Positions 56,301 to 64,000 of a stretch of 64,000 bases of DNA are shown piece after piece. The stretch is taken from positions 232-64,231 of the IMG/VR virus record IMGVR_UViG_3300021400_000239, one strand, 5' to 3'. This DNA comes from a virus (lineage: Duplodnaviria > Caudoviricetes). Numbering within the stretch: position 1 is the first letter of the stretch; each line of letters begins with the position of its first letter. The notes below the pieces were generated by a model, which had not been told where the DNA came from, did no database searches, and saw only the letters and a list, made by a program, of their open reading frames with translations. Position numbers and translations under genes: made by a program.

Positions 56301-58794
56301 ACCAACCGATGTGTTTGATGGTTGTCATGCTGTACAGTCCATTGACGATCATCCAGCCTTCCGGGTCAATCTCAATAACGGTAGTGGTGTAGCTTACCAG
56401 TTGAACAGTACCGTCCTCAAATGTCCGAACGTAGGTGCTTGCATACTTGTGACCATTGTTAAGCGATACAGTGTAATTCATGTTTCAATCCTTCTTTCTT
56501 TTATTTCGTTCCCTTTGGAACATCTATAGTATACTGCCATTCGGGAAAAATGTCAACAGTAGTTTTTAGATGTATTACATCTAAAATTAAAACGAAATAA
56601 TAGGTCCCGTTTCGGGACCTATGGAATTATTCATAATACTCAACGATGTCCCAACCGCCGGACCAAATTCCGCCAAAGTGTGCGTTGTCCTCTACCCATG
56701 CCGCCGCGGCACTGATGGTTTTGAACCCATCTTCAATAATGATGTTCCATTCGATGCTTACAATACGATAGCGCTTCTTCATTGTTTTTTACTTCCTTTC
56801 TTTTTGTGTTCCCTTGGAACAACTATATAATACACCATTTTGGGATTTGTGTCAACTTTTATTTTTAGATGTAATACATCTAAAATTAAAATGAAATACA
56901 ACGGGTTATGTGCCCGTTGTTTTTGGTTGTGGGAAAAGCCGCTGACGCAAATTGATTGTATCTTTAAGTTCGTTTAATTTTGAAATTGCGGTTTTATGCG
57001 AAGAATAATCGATATCAATGCGATTATGGATATAGGTTCCTGGAACTAAATAAATTACTAAAGTAGAATTATAATATTCCTTTTTTGAATTGAAATTATC
57101 AACCACTTTGGCGAAAGTTATACTATTTTCGCTAAACATCATTTCTTCAAAGATAATCATAATATATCCCCTTTCGGGACGGCGGATTATTCCGCCGTCA
57201 AATTCGTCTTAGTGTAATAGAGATTGAAATTGCCGTATTCTACGGAACAAGGGTCAGTGATATCATCATAACCATTTTCTTCGGCATCGGTATAGAGTTC
57301 GGTTTCGAGAATGATGTATCCGTTTTCTTTGTGCATCCAGTAATAGTTTTTCATTTTGTAATTCCTTCCTTTCTTGTCCCTTCGGACAAGTGTATTATAC
57401 TACTTTTAGGGAAAAATGCAAGTTTCATTTTTAGATGTTTTACATCTAAAAATGAAAATGAAATTGAAATAAAAATATAAAGGTTGAAATTGTCAACCTT
57501 TATATATTAATATTTAATGTTGATTATCATATCGCATCAGAATTACATTAGAATAATGTGTTAAATATGTTATACCTTCAATGGTAACCTGCACGACATC
57601 TGATTCATCAAAGTCGCGCCAATTGTCAATTTTACCTTCAATCATTTCACCGTTATGCAAGATAATGATTGCTTCGTCAAAGCTTTGCTTAAAGTCAAGA
57701 CCAATTTGACGATTCCCAAGAGAGCAACCTGTCATCATTAGAACAGTGATTAGCAGTAGAGCAATAAGAATAACTTTTTTCATAATGATTACTTCCTTTC
57801 TGTCCTTTGGACAAATATATTATAACATTTTTTAAAAATATTACAATGCCTCTTTTTAGATGTTTTACATCTAAAACTATAAGAAGGGAAACCGGTGTAT
57901 TGCTTAGCAATACACCAATTCCATCGTAGACCATTTGAGAATACTAATCTGTTTATATTCGCGCCCAATACGAAGCGCTTCTTTCTTTGTGCTAACACGG
58001 AAACTATGGTCAATATAATAAATACCTTCACTATACCAGATGCCGCAGCTTCCCTCGTACAGCTTTACAGCTTGCATAGCAGCTTCCGGTGTAGCAGCTT
58101 CCATGCCATAGTCGGCTACCTGGTAGCCGCTCTTATATGACACAATACGTCCGTTCTTCAGTGTAAGCCCATCGTTGTTGCCCAGTTTCCGCATAGTCCG
58201 AATGTTAATCATGGTTTGAACCTCCGTTCCTTTGATGTGTATAGTATACTACACTATGGCAGAAAAAGCAAGAGAGAAAATTAGATGTATTACATCTAAA
58301 AAAAGAGAAGGGGAATTTTCCCCGTCTATCATGCAAGCCAATAACTAATATGTGTATGTCGCGGCAGCAGCTTGCCTTCATAAGTAAGGCGCGTAAGGCG
58401 TTTAGCAGCTCGCCTACGGCTAAAGCCAGCTCGCAGCAGCTTGACGCTAAAAGCATCCTCAAGGCATACACCAGTCCAGACTTCTTCGCCGCGGAGCAGC
58501 GCAGAGACAGCAGCAGAACGTGATACTTTTGTCATTATTATAACCTTCTTTCGTTTTCTTGTTCCTTGGAACATAGATATAATAGCATACTTAAAGCGAA
58601 AAGTCAATATAGATTATTAGATGTCTTACATCTAAAAAATTATACTGCCATTTAGATATGGCAGTATAATTATTATTATACAATTTCAAGTGTATTTATA
58701 TACACTTCTCCCGCTTCCTGCATATTCCATACTGCGATCATCTTATTGACAATAATATAAATATTCTTCTTTACCATTGCATACAATTTCATCA
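53337..58794 (-). CDS. Series of small unit genes (53337-53540, 53862-54125, 54237-54548, 54671-54925, 55046-55354, 55472-55693, 55838-56083, 56209-56481, ~56627-56782, 56906-57160, 57514-57783 lipoprotein-like, 57904-58212, 58329-58535, ~58670-58794)
   Basis: Mostly one gene per palindrome-bounded unit, with sigmaA-type promoter, RBS and hairpin; 57514 has an MMTGC lipobox-like signal. Confidence 0.65.
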
Positions 58795-58992
58795 TTATTA
58801 TTTCCTTCTTTCTGTTAGTTGTGTTCAACAAGAACACCTATATTATACGCTTTTTCTTTAGTATGTCAAGGCAAATTATTAGATGTAGCACATCTAATAT
58901 TTACAGTATATATATTTTTATAATTATTATAATAAATAAAATACTTTATTATGTTTATAAAAATATATGTATATAATTATAACATATATAAA

Positions 58993-59505
58993 AGAAGGGC
59001 TTGCGCCCTTCTCTTATTTTGTCGGATAGCGGAGCTGTCCCGCTCCATACTTTTCATACAGTGTACAGGCTCGTTCAGCTCGCGCCTGTGTCTCTGTAAT
59101 CAATACCGCGCTTGCTTTCAGCCCGTCATGCTTCCATACGACGAACTTTTTCATGGTCATTTCATAAGTGTATTCAAACATTTGCTTTAGCTCCTTTCTT
59201 TATCATAGGGAAGGGCTTGCGCCCTTCCCATTACATCCATGTTGTGTATTCTGTCCAGTCGAAACCATTGGTTCCAAAGCTTACAGCTTTTTCTCTGACC
59301 ATGATACAGAACAGCTTTCCGTTGGGGCTTTCCGCATCATAGTCCCGTCCGCACTGATTCACGAACCAAGCAGGGCTTTCAATAATGCGCTTTACAAGTT
59401 CCGCGCTAACTTCCATCGTGTGTGTGTTCTCGCAATTGTGAATATAATACTTCATTGTTCTTTTCCCCTTTCCTTTTCGTTGGGAAGGGGCTTGCGCCCC
59501 TTCCC
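58993..59505 (-). terminator. Three related GCAA-loop hairpins GAAGGGC-GCAA-GCCCTTC after short genes
   Basis: Copies at about 58994, 59209 and 59482; a similar one at about 40853. Confidence 0.65.
59231..59455 (-). CDS. Hypothetical protein
   Basis: 74-aa ORF with RBS between two GCAA hairpins. Confidence 0.6.
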   Translation of the reverse strand: MKYYIHNCENTHTMEVSAELVKRIIESPAWFVNQCGRDYDAESPNGKLFCIMVREKAVSFGTNGFDWTEYTTWM

Positions 59506-59513
59506 GGTTTGTC

Positions 59514-60062
59514 TTACTTCTGGAAGTATTCTTCCAGTGTCGGCATGTTTTCCAGCACTTCCCACAACCTGTCTTCCATCCTAGGCGTGATGGTCTGGAT
59601 GTTCAGCTGAGCGCCGCCCTTGCTGACTTTCAAGGAACTTTTCAGCCCCTTCTTTCCAATGACTTCCAGCGTTTCAATGAACTGTTCACGAGTGAACACC
59701 CACATCATTGACTGGAAATTGTCCTTGCTCAAGAACTTAGAGAACGGCGCCCAACACACAAGCGCTACACCGGGCAAGACATTTTCAGCTGTACAATCGT
59801 CAGCTGTAAAGCCTTCACCATAGGCAACCGCGCCCGAACCTGTCTTAATCTCGATTGCGCCAATTCCCTTCCGGCTTACATCATTGCTACCGAGCTTGCG
59901 ACAACGGACATCATTCGCCCGAGTGATGCCGCGAACAAGGATATAGTCACGGACGATTACATCCATCAGCTTTCCCGTGCTTCCTGTGCTGTGCTTGCTA
60001 TCCTGCCGGGCAAGCTCTTTTTCATAGTTGGCGAGTTTTTCAAGATACTCAGAACGCTTCAT
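59514..60062 (-). CDS. PD-(D/E)XK nuclease-like protein
   Basis: 'NDVSRKGIGAIEIKTG' D...EIK motif; promoter TTGACA..TATAAT at about 60153-60180. Confidence 0.5.
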   Translation of the reverse strand: MKRSEYLEKLANYEKELARQDSKHSTGSTGKLMDVIVRDYILVRGITRANDVRCRKLGSNDVSRKGIGAIEIKTGSGAVAYGEGFTADDCTAENVLPGVALVCWAPFSKFLSKDNFQSMMWVFTREQFIETLEVIGKKGLKSSLKVSKGGAQLNIQTITPRMEDRLWEVLENMPTLEEYFQK

Positions 60063-60408
60063 GATTGTGTCCCCCTTATAATAGTTATAGTCTTATCTTC
60101 ACCGCATCGGCCTGCTCATATCATCGCCGGCTGCCCGTCTCGGTATGTCTACATTATACTCTTTCTGTTTTAGATGTCAAGCACTTTTTTGATTTTTTTT
60201 GAAGAAAATTTTTATGCGTTTTTTCCTATATCAGACAAATAATAACAATGATACAAATATAACCATTTAAGACGCTGCCTTTTAACACTTCACCGCGCTA
60301 AAGTGCGGATAATTTTATCACTTTTTATTGATAAATATATAACCATTATCCCGGCATAAAATTGTGTTAGTTATCACTAACTCGGGCGGTTAGTTAGTCA
60401 TAACTAAC

Positions 60409-60566
60409 TGTGAATAAAGTTGTGGATAAAGTTATCCACAAGCCTGTGGATAATTCTGTGGAAAAACCTGTGGATAACTTTATCCACAGCCCTGTGGATA
60501 ACCCTGTGGATAACTTTATCCACAACCCGGGGGATATTTTCAGGCTGTGGATAAACCTGTGGATAA
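60409..60566. promoter_or_regulatory. Cluster of 12 DnaA boxes
   Basis: TTATCCACA or its complement at 60421, 60432, 60445, 60469, 60480, 60493, 60505, 60516, 60546, 60558; consensus variants at 60409 and 60457. Confidence 0.92.
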
Positions 60567-60692
60567 CTCGGGGCATGCCCTCCCCAAATTCCACCAACTT
60601 TTTTAAAAATAAACCCATTTTATTAAACTCAAATACTTGACAACCCATTACCCGATATGATACAATTAAAATAAAGGAGGTGTTGCAATCAA

Positions 60693-62000
60693 ATGAAAAA
60701 AGCATATTCATTAGATTATAACATAGAAAGAGACACCGACCGTTTGGAATTGGTAAAAGGTATTCTAGATACCCTACCCAACGACCCTTCGCCGCAAGAT
60801 TTAGAACAAATGGCCACCTACATATTATACGGCAAGGACGAAAACGGACTGTCCTCTTTAAAGCGCGGAGAAGTATATAATAACTCCAAGCGCTACAACA
60901 CATTTAAAACCTCCGACGATTATGTTCTTTCGCTAGATGAAATACTTGAAAACCCCGCTACCGACGAACAAGAATTCCGTAGTGCCTACAAGCGCGACAT
61001 TTACAAGAAATCCGTTCCTACCATATAGCGCCCCAAGTACGATAAAAAAACTGGCGAACTAATTGATATCGGAGACGCCGACATCCCCGGTATGGTAGAA
61101 CTTTGGGAGCGCCTAGACCATCTAGACAAGTGGGTTCAGATGTTATCAGGCAAGTTGCCGCCAGAGGAAGGCTTTCTTATGTTTGAGGATGACTATCGCC
61201 TCTACCGCCTCAAACATAATTTGGTAGATATGAAGAGGACGCAATACTACTTAAAGGATGTATATAAGCCACAATTGCGCTTTTAGGCGCTAGACCACCC
61301 CAAGCCTCAATTCTATGAGTGGGACGGAGAATCCGCCTACTGGATACCCTATGAGGAATGGGAATATCGCGTTACCCACTCCTACACCCATACAATTTCA
61401 ACGCGCCTTGAGGACTATGAAACACGCGGCGAACCCCCGCATCTAGAAGTGCGCTGGATTGTATGCCGCCATAATTTTGACTGGGAAAACTACAAACATA
61501 TTTACGCCCTTATGAATAATTATTTGCCGCTGCGCGAATAGCTTAAGGACAAATTAAATACATATGGGCGCACCCTTATTTGGGACCTTGAGCGCTATGT
61601 GGAAATGACCCCATTGTCCCCAATTCGCCGCGCCATTGTTTATAAAGTAATGGACCAAATGCCGCGCGAACAAATATGCCAAGAGCTATAGGAAGAATTT
61701 GGCTTTACCTACAACGCCTACTATCTTAGCACCCTTATCGCCAACGATATCCCAAAAGAAATTGCGCGAACCGCCGCAAAACATCGTGTCCTATGTGAGA
61801 CTCCGAAATCCGAACTAAAAATATGTAAGGGTTGCGGCCAAGCCTTACCGCGCCATGCCCTATTCTATACAAAAAACGCCGGCCGCAAGGATGGTTTTTA
61901 GTCCTATTGCCGAGATTGCGAGCGCAAGCGCCGCATAAAGAGGGGGGAATAGAATGAGTATGACGGAAGAAAAAAAGACCAAGCGATGCTATAGGTGTAA
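60693..62000 (+). CDS. Phage protein with C-terminal zinc finger, TAG=Gln
   Basis: ORFs 60693-61028 and 61092-61286 join; read through manually to TAA 62000; CKGC...CRDC; promoter TTGACA..TACAAT at about 60637-60666. Confidence 0.75.
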
Positions 62001-62907
62001 GGTAGATAAGCCGCTAGAAGCCTACCAATACACACCATCGCGCTTCTTTCCCGGCCACCGCTCCTACATCTGTACTTCATGCCTTGAGGCAACTACCCCG
62101 CAAGATAATCTTGGCGAAGTTGACCGCGTAATGCGCTGGTTAGACTTGCCGCTGGACCTTAACAAATGGACGCAACTTTACGCACAATACAAAGACCATA
62201 CCTTTACCGCGTACTTCAATCTCCTGTATGATGACCACTATGCGGCATTGACTTGGCAAGAAGAAAACGCGCGATGGGAATTGGCGCGAAAAGAAGGCAC
62301 CATTGATGATGAGATTAAGGCGATTTCAGAAGCGAAAATGAAGCACCTGAAGAAGGTATGGGGCCCAACCTATAAAGCCGATGAACTTCTTTGGCTTGAG
62401 GACTTTTACAATAAAATTGTAGCAACGCAAAATGTTTCCACTCCAATTCTTTAGGAAAAGGCGCGCGACTTTTGTGAGCTTTAGTGGCATATTAAGTAGG
62501 GTCTGCGCGAAGGCATTGATGTTTCTAAGATGATGAAGCAAGCTGACGACATTGTTAAAACCTACCACTTTGAGGCATCCAATGCGAAGTCCGCGGCAGA
62601 CTTTGAATCTGTTGGGGAACTTATGGTTTATTTTGGCAAGAAAGGATGGCATCCAAATTGGCATACTGAGCCGCAAGATTCCATTGACTTTATGATGGAA
62701 AATATTCAAAATTATTTGTAGCGGCTGGTCCGCAATGAAGGCAACTTCGCAGAACAAGTTGAAGATAAGCGCGCGAAGTATAATATGACTGAACGCCTTG
62801 AAGAAATTGAAAATGAAAAGGTTGAGTTTGACGAAACCGCCGACATTGAATATGAAGGCGAGGACAGTCTAGAGAAAGAATTGAATTACAATGGAGATGA
62901 TGATTAA
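61954..62907 (+). CDS. Zn-finger protein upstream of the terminase (small-subunit candidate), TAG=Gln
   Basis: CYRC...CTSC; 61954-62454 and 62530-62721 are in one frame; TAA 62907. Confidence 0.7.
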
Positions 62908-62908
62908 A

Positions 62909-63802
62909 ATGTATTAGACAACTTTAGAGCATTTTGAAAAAAAACTACAATCACAATTTCCAGAAGATAATTTAACAGTAATAGAATTTTCTAAAGCTAA
63001 TTCTCCAGTGGTAATTCGCTGTAATAAATGCGGGCATACCTATTCATATAAACGAGGTACTACGCTTTATGGGTCAAAAAGAAAATATTTTTGTAAGCTA
63101 TGTAATACAGAAAGTGTTAAATGTATGTAGCAAGCCTGCCAAGACCATAATCTTACTATTATAGCGTATGGTGATAAAGTAACAGATTTTTTTACTCTTC
63201 AATGTAATACCTGTGGTTTAATTTTTAAAAGAACTCCGGCAACTTGGCTCAAATGTGATTGTCCTAATTGCGGCATCAATAAAAAAATTATAGACAAACA
63301 AATTTACCAAGACTAGTTAGATAAATAGTTTGGAAAAAATGAAATGGTTATTTTAGATGCTATCCCTAAATCTCACTTGATGACTGTTTAGCATAAATGC
63401 GGATTTATTCGTACTTCCAGTTTTAAGGCAATAATTTAGAGTAAAGCTTGCCCTCTCTGCGATAAAACAGCGAGTCTAGGAGAAAGAAAAATTCTATTAT
63501 TTTTAGAAAAAAATAAAATAGACTATAGTTATTAGAAAGCTATTCCAAATACACGATTACATTTTGACTTCTATTTAGAATAGTATAATATAGCCATAGA
63601 ATTTAATGGCATATAGCATTATTAGCCAATTGACTTTTTTGGCGGTGAAAAACGATTTTAGCAACAACAAAAATATGACCAAGCTAAAATAAAATATTGT
63701 CAAGATAATAATATTAAATTATTAACTATTCATTATAGTGATATTAACAATATTGAGCAAATTCTTGCCGCCGAGCTATAGGGAGGGGAGTAGGATGAGT
63801 GA
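62909..63802 (+). CDS. Zinc-ribbon repeat plus Vsr/DUF559-like PD-(D/E)XK endonuclease (homing-type), very TAG-rich
   Basis: Repeated CxxC; 'SLGERKI', 'FDFYLE*YNIAIEFNGI*HY', 'YDQAKIKYC'; absent from the ORF track. Confidence 0.8.
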
Positions 63803-64000
63803 ATTTCAATAGGAGACCCTAATGCGCGACGGCATCCCAATTGAAAAAGGCGTCATCCTCACTAAAGATTTTTTAGATAGTAATCAAGAATTATTTACTA
63901 AGTATCTTAATTTATGGATACTATATCCTGACCTTTGGCTAGACATGATATAGGACAGAACAGACGCTTAGCACTTTCACTTAATGCCCTTTCAGCGCAT
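63795..64000 (+). CDS. Probable terminase large subunit, N-terminus (partial)
   Basis: 'W.LYPDLWLD......HFHLMPFQR' resembles large-terminase N-termini; ATPase motifs would lie outside the window. Confidence 0.5.

Larger units (their letters stand above)
42052..58897. repeat. 30 dispersed copies of the 19-bp palindrome TTAGATGT-NNN-ACATCTAA delimiting gene units
   Basis: Starts: 42052, 42677, 43169, 43788, 44997, 45993, 46571, 47695, 48642, 49242, 49851, 50408, 50973, 51895, 52456, 52790, 53284, 54188, 54623, 54995, 55419, 55782, 56160, 56566, 56865, 57431, 57856, 58281, 58617, 58879. Arms invariant, central 3 nt variable. Half-site at 60170. Confidence 0.97.

Noticed and set aside
42052-58897. 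CRISPR array
   Set aside because: Repeats are 19 bp with variable cores, intervals are 0.26-1.2 kb and contain genes with promoters, and no cas genes were seen.
42052-58897. Classical integron attC sites or Xer dif sites
   Set aside because: TTAGAT/ATCTAA resembles attC cores, but the order is reversed, the conserved GTT/AAC is missing and the site is far too short. No IntI was seen, and it does not match the 11-6-11 dif layout.
42052-58897. Palindromes as intrinsic terminators
   Set aside because: Most units already have a separate GC-rich hairpin after the stop codon, and the palindrome also occurs between divergent promoters.
60409-60566. Bacterial chromosomal oriC
   Set aside because: No dnaA, dnaN, rpmH or gidA context; the flanking genes are phage-type and TAG-recoded.
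60394-60903. ORFs 60394-60903 (-) and 60410-60640 (+)
   Set aside because: Their repetitive peptides (LSTG, PVDN) are translations of DnaA boxes, and no RBS is evident.

Overview
This 64 kb window looks like part of a large tailed dsDNA phage, probably infecting a spore-forming Firmicute (sigmaA-type TTGACA/TATAAT promoters, SH3b/NlpC-P60 lysin, LL-H holin, SpoIID). It appears to read TAG as Gln (genetic code 15), so the supplied ORF track fragments most late genes; I re-joined them by hand. Layout: (1) 1-28.7 kb, minus strand: tail/fibre, lysis and a ~3166-aa CotH-like/LRR protein, mostly TAG-containing. (2) 28.8-38.8 kb: accessory genes (deaminase, SpoIID, a Thg1-like gene interrupted by Leu-TAA-Leu, a LAGLIDADG endonuclease, HTH genes, iteron-like repeats). 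(3) 39.4-40.7 kb: SF2 helicase. (4) 42-59 kb, the most striking part: an array of self-contained promoter-ORF-terminator units delimited by 30 copies of the palindrome TTAGATGT-N3-ACATCTAA. Four units are inverted, the genes lack TAG-Gln codons, and many carry a covarying leader hairpin. (5) 12 DnaA boxes at 60.4-60.6 kb. (6) Plus-strand genes leading into a probable terminase large subunit. No tRNA, recombinase, cas gene or reverse transcriptase was recognised. All family assignments come from motifs read by eye, not database searches.
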